Program-made: the position numbers and the translations under genes | Assembly (NCBI GenBank): GCA_029856365.1 | Contig: JAHQWW010000017.1 | Location: forward strand, 1 to 51,413 | Source of the DNA: Candidatus Hodarchaeota archaeon | Lineage (GTDB): Archaea > Asgardarchaeota > Heimdallarchaeia > Hodarchaeales > Hodarchaeaceae | Direction: 5' to 3' | Length of the DNA: 51,413 nucleotides | In this document: one piece after another, positions 28,829 to 38,636 of the stretch | Layout: each line of letters starts with the position of its first letter | Numbering within the stretch: the first letter of the stretch is position 1 | Notes under the pieces: generated by a model | What the model saw: the letters and a program-made list of their open reading frames with translations, nothing else | The model's database searches: none | Told to the model about the DNA's origin: nothing

Positions 28829-29671
28829 ATGAAAAAATATTCAACGCAAGATTTATGGATCCGTGTTATTCTCTTTTTCGCCATTTGCGTGATTTTAATC
28901 TTTAGTTTTCAAGGATTTGTACTTCGCTTCGTAAGAACTCTTTTTAATGATGGAAATGCTTATCCCGAGACCTTAGAGATTAATCTTGTCCGTGCAATGA
29001 ACGGAATTGTTGGTATTGGCTTAGTTTACATCTTTTTGCAGTTTGACAGGAAAAAAATGAGCGAATCAGGATTATCTTGGGATAAGAAGTTTGGATGGGA
29101 ATGGATTCTCCTTAGTATCCCGATTACCATTGCTGGATTTATCCCAACCATTTTAATCGAAAATACATTCGAAATTGTTGTAGTTGAAGGACTTCTTGAC
29201 ATTGTAGGAATCCTATTATCTCTTATAATAGCTTTTTTCGCATTTGGAGTTGGAGAAGAACTTCTATTTCGTGGTTATCTACAAACCATTCTGGAGACAA
29301 AATACTCATTCATTTTCTCAGCTATTGTTTCTGCGGCTTTATTTGGTCTTTTACACCTTTTGTTATTAGCACCAGGAGGTAGATTGGAAGATATGTTTGC
29401 TATCCTTTTCAGTGCATTTACGATGGGATTAACCTTCTCCTATGTCTTCAAAACTACAAACCATAATTTAATTTTCCCTATTGCAATTCATGGGTTTTGG
29501 GATTTTTTTTATTTCGCGTTTCAAGCTGAAACTACTTATGAAACATTCTTTCATACTATCGTTGGAATTGTTGCTTCAATTATTGGTGCTGTGGTAATTT
29601 TCCTTCTTGTTTACCTCTATTCAACCAAACGTACCTTTGCAAAAGTTAATGTCGATTACTCCCCCGAGTGA
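28829..29671 (+). CDS. CPBP (Abi/CAAX protease II) intramembrane metalloprotease
   Basis: EELLFRG, FGLLH and HGFWD motifs. Confidence 0.9.
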   Translation: MKKYSTQDLWIRVILFFAICVILIFSFQGFVLRFVRTLFNDGNAYPETLEINLVRAMNGIVGIGLVYIFLQFDRKKMSESGLSWDKKFGWEWILLSIPITIAGFIPTILIENTFEIVVVEGLLDIVGILLSLIIAFFAFGVGEELLFRGYLQTILETKYSFIFSAIVSAALFGLLHLLLLAPGGRLEDMFAILFSAFTMGLTFSYVFKTTNHNLIFPIAIHGFWDFFYFAFQAETTYETFFHTIVGIVASIIGAVVIFLLVYLYSTKRTFAKVNVDYSPE

Positions 29672-30495
29672 GTTTGGAACCAGACATGAAGCAAACACAA
29701 GTCTCTCTAATTCAGATGGACATTGAATTCGGTAAAAAAGAGGAAAACCTCAAAAAAGTGAACTCATTAATTGAAAAAGCTTTTTCACAAGTATCTCCCG
29801 AGATTCCTCACATTGTTTGTTTACCTGAACTGTTTTCTACAGGATATGATCTTGACAACGTCCATTTACACGCTGAATCAATTCCAGAAGGGGAGACTAC
29901 AACATTTCTTGCACAAATGGCTAAAGACTTCTCGTCTGTGCTTGTAGCCAGCTATATTGAGAACAAAGAGGACAAGTATTTCAATACAGCTGTGGTCATT
30001 GATGAAAATGGAGTTTTTCTCGGAAAATACCGCAAAATCCATTTGTTTCCTCCAATGAATGAACCAACAGTCTTCTCCATTGGAGGATTTACTCACTCTA
30101 GTGTTTCTTTCAAGATAAATAGTGGAAATTTAGGTCTATTGATTTGTTATGATTTGAGATTTCCAGAGTTGAGTCGTCGAGTGGCGCTGGAAGGTAATAC
30201 TGAGTTTTTGATATATTTAGCTGAATTTCCATACCCGAAATATGAAGTTTGGAAAACACTTTTACAAGCAAGAGCAATTGAGAATCAATTGTTTGTGTGT
30301 GGTGTAAATCGTGTTGGAAGTGATCCAAACTCAAAGTTTTTCGGACACTCATTAATTTATGACCCTGGTGGAAATAATCTAATAGAAGGTACAGAAAAAG
30401 AGGAAGTTCTTACAGGGAATCTCGATCCATCAGTTTTACTTGAGGTTAGATCTTCTCTTCCTTCCTTACAACATAGGCAAACAAATTATTATTGA
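29668..30495 (+). CDS. Carbon-nitrogen hydrolase (Nit2/omega-amidase-like)
   Basis: LPELF, YRKIHLF, ICYDLRFPE and ARAIENQ motifs. Confidence 0.9.
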   Translation: MSLEPDMKQTQVSLIQMDIEFGKKEENLKKVNSLIEKAFSQVSPEIPHIVCLPELFSTGYDLDNVHLHAESIPEGETTTFLAQMAKDFSSVLVASYIENKEDKYFNTAVVIDENGVFLGKYRKIHLFPPMNEPTVFSIGGFTHSSVSFKINSGNLGLLICYDLRFPELSRRVALEGNTEFLIYLAEFPYPKYEVWKTLLQARAIENQLFVCGVNRVGSDPNSKFFGHSLIYDPGGNNLIEGTEKEEVLTGNLDPSVLLEVRSSLPSLQHRQTNYY

Positions 30496-30503
30496 AAATC
30501 ATC

Positions 30504-32678
30504 TTAGATTTCTAGAGAAGATCCTAAAGATGGAATGTAATAGTCTTGACGAGAAAATTCCTTTAATTTTCGAACTTTTTCAGTAGTGAAAGGATCTTTA
30601 GTTAGAGAACCAAGATGAACAAGAACTTTTTTACCTTTAATAGACTCTAAGTAAGATGAAAGTGTTTCACTCGAGGAATGACTACTAAATCTCGTGAATA
30701 CTATTTTTTGTCTATACTGTGGCTCCAATTCATGTAACAATCTGTAACCCAATGTATTTTTAGCTAAAAATCCACAGAGAATAATGGTAGTATTAGGATC
30801 GTTTTTACTCTCCTCTACCAACTCTCTCGCATATCCGCCACTTAACATCCCACCTCCAGTTATCACCACCTCATCATCAAAAGGTTGTACTAGATGATCA
30901 CTCAAATGTCCCTTAGTTTTCAATCCAGAGATTCGGGCAACTTTAGTGGCCATCCCTAGCAAAGAAATCTTTCGTTCTTTTGTTAATCCGGCTTTTTCTA
31001 GTTTAATCATTACTTCCTGTGCTCTACCCACGCTAAATGCAGGAATGATCACACGATCATCCTCCTTCACCGCCTTAAAAAGTAATTGATCTCTTTTTCT
31101 TGGATCAAAAGCAGGTTGACCATAATATGTACCATCAATTATTGAAAGATCCGCATCATTAGGAAGCTGGGGTGTCTCCACAAAAAGTGCAGTGGAATCT
31201 AAGTTCATATCTCCAGAAAAAAGAATTCGCTTGCTTCCACATTCAACAAGATAGGCAAAAGAACCTTGAATATGATATGCAGGAATGGGTTTGATCACAA
31301 TATCTGGAGTAAATTGATATTCTTCTCCTGCTTTAATGGTTACATATCTATCTAACATTTGATAAACATATGCTGACCGAGAGAGATATTTGAACCGATG
31401 ATCAGCTTCTCTGATTGCATCACTAGTATTCTTTTTCATTAATTCAAGATTATCAACAAGAAGAAAATTAGCAAAATTTTTAGTCATTCCACTACCGAAC
31501 ACACATCCCTTGTATCCTTGTGCATAGAGATAGGGGATAGCTCCGATATGGTCTAGATGAGCGTGTGTTACTAATATCGCATCTAAATATTCCAAAGACT
31601 CATTCCAATAAGGAATTTGATAATTAGCTACTGACATTCCATAGTCAATAAGAATAGTCGATTGAGGAGTAGATATCAAAATACCCATTGTGCCAATTTG
31701 AGCTCCTCCTAGAAAGGTTATTTTTATTTTCACTTCTTTGTGACTTAAAATTGGGTAGCCTAACTTCTCTACATAAGTTTGTAACATTTCTGGGGGAATT
31801 TTTGAACTTAAATCATTTGATTTTACTTCATGAGGTTTTAGAAAAGCTGAGAATGGTTTTATGAATGAATTAAATACCAGCGGTATTGAACTGAGATTAT
31901 TACTATTTAATGCACCCTTAAGATCAGCAACTAGCTCATTAACAGTGCTTGATACTCTTGGTTTCCATGATTTGATGAAATGATTGACTTTTATTCTTTC
32001 CAATTTAAACAAGGTCTCATGATCTAACCAATCCTTTAAGATAGGAAGATTTCTATCATAGTTCAGCTGCTCAGCCATTTCATCTAGATATTCTGGATAG
32101 CGTTGCATTGTAGCGATTGGTTGTTCAAAAAAGTCATTTATTTCAGATTTCAACTCGGGAAAGAACTCTAACAGATCATTTTTCAGCTTATCTGTAACAA
32201 CTAAAGGAATCCCTAGAAATTCCAAGAGAAGATTAAAAACACTAAGAACTTGAGAACCAACACTTCGTACCCGGAGATAATGCAGAAGATTCTCATTTAA
32301 CTTGAACATTAAATTTGCGTAATCCTCTACATTGGTATAAAGAAAACGGATAATAGTTCTATAATCCTCTAAATCTAACAATCCAGTCAACAAAGCTATT
32401 CCAGCAAGTTCAAGACTGTTATCGTAATTCTTAGTAAGGAATGACGTTTCTGTATAATCATTGCGGAAAAGCTCATGAAATTTTTCCCAAATTTTATTCT
32501 CTAAAGGAAATAACTCTGGAGGAAAAATTTTTCGATCCTTAATTAAACAAAAGATTTGGAACCTTTGAGATAAGGATAATCCTTCAATTTCTATTGTCAA
32601 ATCATTGAATTCTTCTGAGTTCAAGTCCTTCTTCAAATACTCAATGATTTTCTGAACACGAGGATCAGGAAAATCCAT
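30504..32678 (-). CDS. MBL-fold beta-CASP (CPSF73-like) nuclease with a ~315-aa N-terminal helical extension
   Basis: FLGGAQIG, LIDYG, THAHLDH, HIQGS, FSGD, PAFSVGRAQE, FSSH and LVH motifs. Confidence 0.88.
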   Translation of the reverse strand: MDFPDPRVQKIIEYLKKDLNSEEFNDLTIEIEGLSLSQRFQIFCLIKDRKIFPPELFPLENKIWEKFHELFRNDYTETSFLTKNYDNSLELAGIALLTGLLDLEDYRTIIRFLYTNVEDYANLMFKLNENLLHYLRVRSVGSQVLSVFNLLLEFLGIPLVVTDKLKNDLLEFFPELKSEINDFFEQPIATMQRYPEYLDEMAEQLNYDRNLPILKDWLDHETLFKLERIKVNHFIKSWKPRVSSTVNELVADLKGALNSNNLSSIPLVFNSFIKPFSAFLKPHEVKSNDLSSKIPPEMLQTYVEKLGYPILSHKEVKIKITFLGGAQIGTMGILISTPQSTILIDYGMSVANYQIPYWNESLEYLDAILVTHAHLDHIGAIPYLYAQGYKGCVFGSGMTKNFANFLLVDNLELMKKNTSDAIREADHRFKYLSRSAYVYQMLDRYVTIKAGEEYQFTPDIVIKPIPAYHIQGSFAYLVECGSKRILFSGDMNLDSTALFVETPQLPNDADLSIIDGTYYGQPAFDPRKRDQLLFKAVKEDDRVIIPAFSVGRAQEVMIKLEKAGLTKERKISLLGMATKVARISGLKTKGHLSDHLVQPFDDEVVITGGGMLSGGYARELVEESKNDPNTTIILCGFLAKNTLGYRLLHELEPQYRQKIVFTRFSSHSSSETLSSYLESIKGKKVLVHLGSLTKDPFTTEKVRKLKEFSRQDYYIPSLGSSLEI

Positions 32679-32749
32679 AGAATCAATCCTTCTTCTTTAA
32701 GAAAGGGGAAAATTCAGCTTGCTTTCAAAAGACTTTCGCGCTTCAATCC

Positions 32750-34162
32750 TTAAATTATAGGTGTTAGCTTATAATCAATGTAACCCTTAGAAAGGATAGG
32801 TGAAATTGCATAATACTCTGTCGCTGGAATAATCCCCTCTAGAACCAACGCACGATTTATTAGATCTAGTTTCCAGTGTGAAGTCGCGGCCGTTGTTCCT
32901 CCTCGGAACTCTTGGTTTTCTTTAAGCCACCCGACGATTACATCTCCTTCTAATCGTGCCTTGGATACTGTGATTGCGATAAATTCATTGAGTGCTGGTA
33001 TTCCATACTTGTTCTCTAGAGTGTCCAATCCGAGATTTATCAGGAATGGCCCACCAATTTCCTTCCGTAAAGATTGTTTGGATATTTCAAGGATATCGAG
33101 TAATTGGTCAATTTTATCAGGTAGTTCGAATCTGTTGGATGTTTTTTCTGGTACAAATCGTTCGATATTTACGGTTTGTTCGATCCACTTTTTACTCCCA
33201 GTAAAAACATCGAGGTAGGGTTGATTTGAATCAAAACTAACTCCCTCACGGAAAATAGTAATTGCTGGCCGTTTATTGTTTAAATGATTGGTGATCAAAG
33301 GCATGAAAACGATGTCCAGAGCATCTCCAATAGTAGTAGTCACTTCAAAAAGATTCCAGGAACCTCGTTCAAGGCCACCTCCAAGGAGATCATCAAATCC
33401 AATAGAGCCAGTAGAGAGATGATGGTCATCGGGGTCAGTTATGACTTCAGATTTCAGAATAATTGCAGGAAAACGGTATTTAAATGGATAAAAAGTCATT
33501 AACCGTCCTTTTGCTAAAGAAGTTAGATATGTTTCATTGTATATTTCTCTACCCCGCATTTTATGGAAACTTAATTCACGAATCCGTCGGGAAATACCAT
33601 GAGTAGAAGTGATTGTTCTCTTACTAAGAACGGTTATACCATCGACAGTCCAGTCTAGGCTTGTAGCTTGTACACCTTCTACAACAAAAATGATTTTTGA
33701 AGTTTCTGCTCGTAAATGTTGGACTATTGCAGATGCCCAATGACTAATTTGACTTTCAGACAAATTAACTATTAGCGCGTTCCAACTGTCTATAGCAATA
33801 ACTTTGTTTGAGAGATCAGCTCCTAAAGTAAAAAGTTGTTGTACAAATTCAGGTATTGTCTCAAATTTCATTTTTGATATGTTATTGTTGGATGTTTGCG
33901 ACCCTGATCTTGTTGCATCAACAAAAAAGGGATATTTCCGATTTTCAGGGATTTCGTCTAATACCCAAGGGAAATCCTGCATTACAACTTCAGGACTGAT
34001 ACGTGTGCTAATGAAAAACGAATTTGGGAGGTGACTCACCAATTCTAAAGATAAGCTCGACTTTCCTGTTCCAGGAAGTCCTTTAATAAGAAGAGAGTAG
34101 CCTTGATCCATCTCACTTAATTCAGGAAATTCAGGAGGCATAGTACCTCTATATTTTGTCAT
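32750..34162 (-). CDS. GvpD/KaiC (RAD55)-like two-domain RecA-fold ATPase
   Basis: SLLIKGLPGTGKS Walker A, IAIDSW Walker B, DGITVL and KMRG; the second domain starts STGSIGFDDLLGGG but has no P-loop. Confidence 0.85.
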   Translation of the reverse strand: MTKYRGTMPPEFPELSEMDQGYSLLIKGLPGTGKSSLSLELVSHLPNSFFISTRISPEVVMQDFPWVLDEIPENRKYPFFVDATRSGSQTSNNNISKMKFETIPEFVQQLFTLGADLSNKVIAIDSWNALIVNLSESQISHWASAIVQHLRAETSKIIFVVEGVQATSLDWTVDGITVLSKRTITSTHGISRRIRELSFHKMRGREIYNETYLTSLAKGRLMTFYPFKYRFPAIILKSEVITDPDDHHLSTGSIGFDDLLGGGLERGSWNLFEVTTTIGDALDIVFMPLITNHLNNKRPAITIFREGVSFDSNQPYLDVFTGSKKWIEQTVNIERFVPEKTSNRFELPDKIDQLLDILEISKQSLRKEIGGPFLINLGLDTLENKYGIPALNEFIAITVSKARLEGDVIVGWLKENQEFRGGTTAATSHWKLDLINRALVLEGIIPATEYYAISPILSKGYIDYKLTPII

Positions 34163-34225
34163 TGGGATTCTCTCATTTACTTAAAATCATTGTGTTTCAA
34201 ATGAAAGTCACACTTAATCCTATTT

Positions 34226-34543
34226 TCATTCATTTATAACCTCTTGAAGTGAATCAAGATCATGGAAAAGCGTAACGTTGTTAAACGTTGGTGAAGGAAG
34301 GTGGTTAATTGGATCAAAAATAATTATGTTCTTTTTGTATTTTCGAGTCATTTCCCGTTCAGCAGCCAAGATACCATTAAGACTCTTTGAAACACCCAAG
34401 TGGTAATTTTTCTTACGAAATCGGCTTTTTGACTTTAGATCTAAAACCATAAATGTTTTGCGTGATACTATAGATTCAATCTCAAATCCACAAAATGTTG
34501 TAACTGATCGTATTTGATTCACAAGTTCCTTCATTTCTATCAC
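34226..34543 (-). CDS. Hypothetical small alpha/beta protein
   Basis: ORF track; co-oriented upstream of the KaiC-like ATPase. Confidence 0.6.
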   Translation of the reverse strand: MIEMKELVNQIRSVTTFCGFEIESIVSRKTFMVLDLKSKSRFRKKNYHLGVSKSLNGILAAEREMTRKYKKNIIIFDPINHLPSPTFNNVTLFHDLDSLQEVINE

Positions 34544-34795
34544 TTCATATTTAAAGATATAATAAACAGTTAATCAATCTATTCCCTTAATATTGCCAAT
34601 TATTTAGTGTATTGAATTCCTATTAATTATGTGTTATCATGAATTTAAAAATGTTCTAATAAAATCCTCCGAATTATCATATAAAACTTCAGAAAAAGGT
34701 ATGTATATCCCAACGAAATTTTAGTTCATTCCTTGTCTGATTTTACTATCATCTAAAAAGAATAAATATGAAATTCCTTTGGATATATGATTATC

Positions 34796-35857
34796 TTAGT
34801 TAGAAAATGTTTCTTCAAGTTGAAACTTATTCAAAATACCATGAGGAGTGATATATCCCGTAATGAGCTCACTAGGGGTCACGTCAAAAGCAGGATTACT
34901 AAAAACAACCTCATCAGTATATAATGAAACAATTTCGTTTTTATTAAGAGTGTGTGAGTAACCTAATACTTGTTTTACTTCCTTGGTATCACGTTGTTCA
35001 ATTACAATATCTTTTCCAGTTAGAGTTGAGAAGTCAAAGGTAGATGTTGGGAAAGCTGTATAAAAAGGGATGTTGTGATGAGAAGCGAGTACTGCAAGAT
35101 TATAGGTACCAATTTTATTTGCGATGTCCCCATTCCTTGTTACACGATCAGCACCGAGTATGATTAAATCAACTTTCCCTTGTGACATAAAGAAACCACT
35201 TGCAGAATCACATATTACGGTATGATTAATGTTATATTGACTAAGTTCCCACGCGGTCATTCGCCCTTGAAATCTAGGCCGAGTTTCATCGACATAAACA
35301 TGAAAACGTTTTCCCTCTTCCCACGCTTGTATAATAGGAGAGAGTGCACTGCCATAATCAACTAATGCTAACGCACCTGTGTGACAATGTGTAAGAATAT
35401 TCAAATTAGGAGTAATTAATTCTTTTCCAACCTGACCAATTTTCCATCCCTCTTCTGCAATTTGATTTGCAAAGAGTTGAGCTTGATTTAGGGCATTTTC
35501 TGGAGTCAATGGCTCAATAGTACGGATTAAGTCAAGTCCATTCTTGAGATCAACAGCTGTCGGTCGTGCTGCTAATAACTCATTATAAGCTGTTCTAATT
35601 TGATCTTCAAACTCCTCAGAATTCCAAAATTCCTGAATAGCTTGAGCTAATCCATAGGCGGCGGCAGCTCCGATCGATGGAGCCCCACGAATGATCATTT
35701 TTTCTATTGCTTGGACGGTCTCACGATAAGTGGGACAATTATGTACCACAATCTGAAATGGTATTTTAGTTTGATCAATCATACGAACAACACCATTAGT
35801 ACTATCCCACCAAACTGCGGGTCTATCTGTTAATATTCCGTCTATTTCTATCTTCAT
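34796..35857 (-). CDS. mtnA: S-methyl-5-thioribose-1-phosphate isomerase (eIF2B/MtnA family)
   Basis: IDQTKIP, IRGAPSIG, ARPTAVDL, LTHCHTGALA, DETRP, GADRV, NKIGTY and NPAFDVTP; likely ATG at 35857 after a purine-rich SD. Confidence 0.9.
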   Translation of the reverse strand: MKIEIDGILTDRPAVWWDSTNGVVRMIDQTKIPFQIVVHNCPTYRETVQAIEKMIIRGAPSIGAAAAYGLAQAIQEFWNSEEFEDQIRTAYNELLAARPTAVDLKNGLDLIRTIEPLTPENALNQAQLFANQIAEEGWKIGQVGKELITPNLNILTHCHTGALALVDYGSALSPIIQAWEEGKRFHVYVDETRPRFQGRMTAWELSQYNINHTVICDSASGFFMSQGKVDLIILGADRVTRNGDIANKIGTYNLAVLASHHNIPFYTAFPTSTFDFSTLTGKDIVIEQRDTKEVKQVLGYSHTLNKNEIVSLYTDEVVFSNPAFDVTPSELITGYITPHGILNKFQLEETFSN

Positions 35858-36029
35858 TGTTATCCTTCCTTTTTTTCTAAATATCAAGAACAAGCTTCGC
35901 AGGAGAGAAAATTCAAGTGAACTACAGTTGTCCGAAAGATATAGGTTTACGATTAGTTATTATTAATATTACTTCTTGATATAAGAAAATGGTTGAGACG
36001 GAATAAATGTTAGGTTGGATAAATGGGTC

Positions 36030-37082
36030 TTAATCCTGAAGCATGTTCGATATAGGCATTTCATAAATGAATTTCTGACCTATTCTTGTAAGAATGGTTG
36101 CTATTTCTTTCTCCCATAATCTAGCACGAATGATTAAATGTGAGCCAATGAAAAAATCCAAAGGAAGTTGAGTATATAGCTGAGAAATGTCGAATGTTTG
36201 TTTGTAATATGTTAGAATGATAGGTACCCAAGACCTTGTAATAGATTTGATTAGTTTTAAATTATTAATACCAAATCCGATGTTTTCTGCAATGTTTTCT
36301 TGAACTGCATGGCTTATGATATATCCTACATCATCCATTCGATCAAGCTCGGGAAGTAGTATGGCGTCGATCCAAGCAATTCTTGTGGGTGAAACAAGCA
36401 TATTACTTAGGTGGCTATCCCCGTGAATGTATTCGACACCACCCCTAGATTGTTCTAGAATTTCAACCCAGAAATTAATATATTTTTCATTAATACAAGG
36501 CTTTAGTAGCTTTAAGATGGGGTTGTAAAGTTGAATATTTATTTTTTGTCGTTTTGAACCATGTAATCGAGCTAAAGCATAACCAGCATATCCCCATCGA
36601 TCTGCTGGTTCTACAGGAAGCTGAAGTAACGGAGTAAAACCACTTAAGAACTCTAGAATTAAAGCATTTACTTCAGGAATGACATGGATTACTTCTGGGG
36701 CAAATACCAAATCTGGAAACCGTCGAATTCGAGATGATATTTCGTGATTTTTTTTCCAATTATCCCAATCAGTTTGTCGAGAAGTAAGTAATTGCGCTAG
36801 CTTTTTCGCGTTATCGACTTCTGCTTCTAAATCATTAGCAAATTTCAAAACAATCCCTCCATCTATTTCTCCTGCTAAAGATGTGGAAAGTACCGCTTCA
36901 ATGACATAAGTTTTTCCCCCAGCACCTTTGTATGACTGGATTTTTTTCAGACGAGTATCAAAAATTCTCCCTGTCGTTACCTGAATATTTTGAGTAATTT
37001 TATCACTTGATTGTAGAATTAATGAACGAACACGTTCATGAATCTTTTTTTGTTTGTCACTATCTGGCTCAATAGCACTCAA
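36030..37082 (-). CDS. APH/choline-kinase-like phosphotransferase
   Basis: VLKF, LILEFL, LARLH, Brenner-type IHGDSHLSNML and WID motifs. Confidence 0.8.
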   Translation of the reverse strand: MSAIEPDSDKQKKIHERVRSLILQSSDKITQNIQVTTGRIFDTRLKKIQSYKGAGGKTYVIEAVLSTSLAGEIDGGIVLKFANDLEAEVDNAKKLAQLLTSRQTDWDNWKKNHEISSRIRRFPDLVFAPEVIHVIPEVNALILEFLSGFTPLLQLPVEPADRWGYAGYALARLHGSKRQKINIQLYNPILKLLKPCINEKYINFWVEILEQSRGGVEYIHGDSHLSNMLVSPTRIAWIDAILLPELDRMDDVGYIISHAVQENIAENIGFGINNLKLIKSITRSWVPIILTYYKQTFDISQLYTQLPLDFFIGSHLIIRARLWEKEIATILTRIGQKFIYEMPISNMLQD

Positions 37083-37094
37083 TTCTTAGACCCC

Positions 37095-38477
37095 CTAGTA
37101 TAGGTATTGTCTCAGTATTCTTCCCCTTTCTACTAAAGCATGCATACCATCAACAGCATCTTCTGCAGTTTTGAAGACTGGAATCCCATATTTTTCGAAT
37201 TCGGCATTAATAGTAGGATCAGGAAGATTATAAACAAGAATTGGTTTATGTGAATACTCTTCTTTAATCAAAGCAATTCGTGCAGGAGCATCTTTTGAAA
37301 CAACTGGCGCATCAGAGCGTGGTACAACTATTATTCCTGAAACTGCTTCCTCACTCAAAAAAACTCGTGTAACCTCAGCTATAACCTCTGAAGTCGCACT
37401 TCCCGTCAAATCTAAAAATGCTAATGGTAGATCTTCCTTTCCTCGCAATAAAGAGGTCTGCACGCCATGTTTTTGAATAACTTCTACTATTTCTGTAACT
37501 GTTTCCTTTGACAACAATCCTAGCTCTAAATTATATCGATTCATACGATATAATGCCATAGCCAGGGGGCCTCCAGTGTTCCCCACTATCGCTATCTGAT
37601 TTCCAAATGCTGCAGGTTGATTATACAGAGCTTTTATCGAATTGATATATTGAGAGGTACTATCACATTGAATAATTCCAGCTTGCCGCAGAATTTCCTT
37701 ATAAAGCCCCAATGTGCTGGCAACCGCCCCTGTATGGCTTTTAGCGGCCATTGTCACGAATTCGGTCATTGGTAACTTCAATGCGACTATAGCCTTTTTT
37801 CGAGCAACAGCTTTTGAAACTTTGATAAACTGTCTTCCAGCTTTTACATTTTCTAGATAGGCTCCAATAATCTTTGTCTCCGGATCCTGTCCAAAATATT
37901 GAATAAAGTCAGTTTCATTAAGATCAGCACCATTTCCATATGATACAAACCTTCTCAATCCAATTTTATTCTGTTGAAGTGCTAATAAGAGGTCAATTGC
38001 TAGTGAACCTGATTGTGAGATTAAAGAAACATACCCCTTTTTTGGTAATTTAAAATTAGGGAATAAAGTGTTCACCTGATTCTCAGTATCTATAATTCCA
38101 AGACAATTGGGGCCAATCAGGCGGGAGTCTCCCAGAGCTTTTACTAATTCTTGTTGGAGATCATTTCTTCCGATTTCTGCAAAACCTGCAGTAATACAGA
38201 CAATTGCAGGGATTCCACGCTTGGAGGCATCTGCAATAGCTTTGATTGCTAATCTTGCGGGCAAAATTACAACAGCAAGATCGGGAACTTCAGGGAGGTC
38301 AAAAACACTAGGATAACATCGTATACCCATTATTTCAGGGGTATTTGGATTGATGGGATACACCCGACCGTGGAATGGAACTACAAAATGATTAAAAACA
38401 AGTCGGCCGTACTTTTTTTCATCAGAAGAAGCTCCAATAATGGCCACAGACCTTGGTTCAAAGAAAAAATCTAGCAC
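37095..38477 (-). CDS. acdA: ADP-forming acyl-CoA synthetase (ACD) alpha subunit
   Basis: PRSVAIIGAS, YPINP, LIGPNCLG, SQSGS, SYGN and the phospho-His motif SHTGA. Confidence 0.9.
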   Translation of the reverse strand: MLDFFFEPRSVAIIGASSDEKKYGRLVFNHFVVPFHGRVYPINPNTPEIMGIRCYPSVFDLPEVPDLAVVILPARLAIKAIADASKRGIPAIVCITAGFAEIGRNDLQQELVKALGDSRLIGPNCLGIIDTENQVNTLFPNFKLPKKGYVSLISQSGSLAIDLLLALQQNKIGLRRFVSYGNGADLNETDFIQYFGQDPETKIIGAYLENVKAGRQFIKVSKAVARKKAIVALKLPMTEFVTMAAKSHTGAVASTLGLYKEILRQAGIIQCDSTSQYINSIKALYNQPAAFGNQIAIVGNTGGPLAMALYRMNRYNLELGLLSKETVTEIVEVIQKHGVQTSLLRGKEDLPLAFLDLTGSATSEVIAEVTRVFLSEEAVSGIIVVPRSDAPVVSKDAPARIALIKEEYSHKPILVYNLPDPTINAEFEKYGIPVFKTAEDAVDGMHALVERGRILRQYLY

Positions 38478-38636
38478 AGGTCGTTCCGTCCGAGTTATTT
38501 TGATATAATTATCAGTAGGAAGTGATAAGAGGGTTTTTGATTAGTTTGGAAACAGATATTAGAAGCTTTTATCAAACCCTGATACTTTTAGGTCTAAAAC
38601 TTTAGTTCTTTAATACCAACAATATTCCAGTCCTTC

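Noticed and set aside
32750-34162. Gas vesicle cluster or circadian clock
   Set aside because: No gvpA or other gvp genes and no kaiB; GvpD/KaiC-like ATPases are widespread in archaea.
34796-35857. eIF2B subunit or ribose-1,5-bisphosphate isomerase
   Set aside because: The DQTKIP, THCHTGALA and DETRP pattern fits MtnA better, though only a phylogeny would be decisive.
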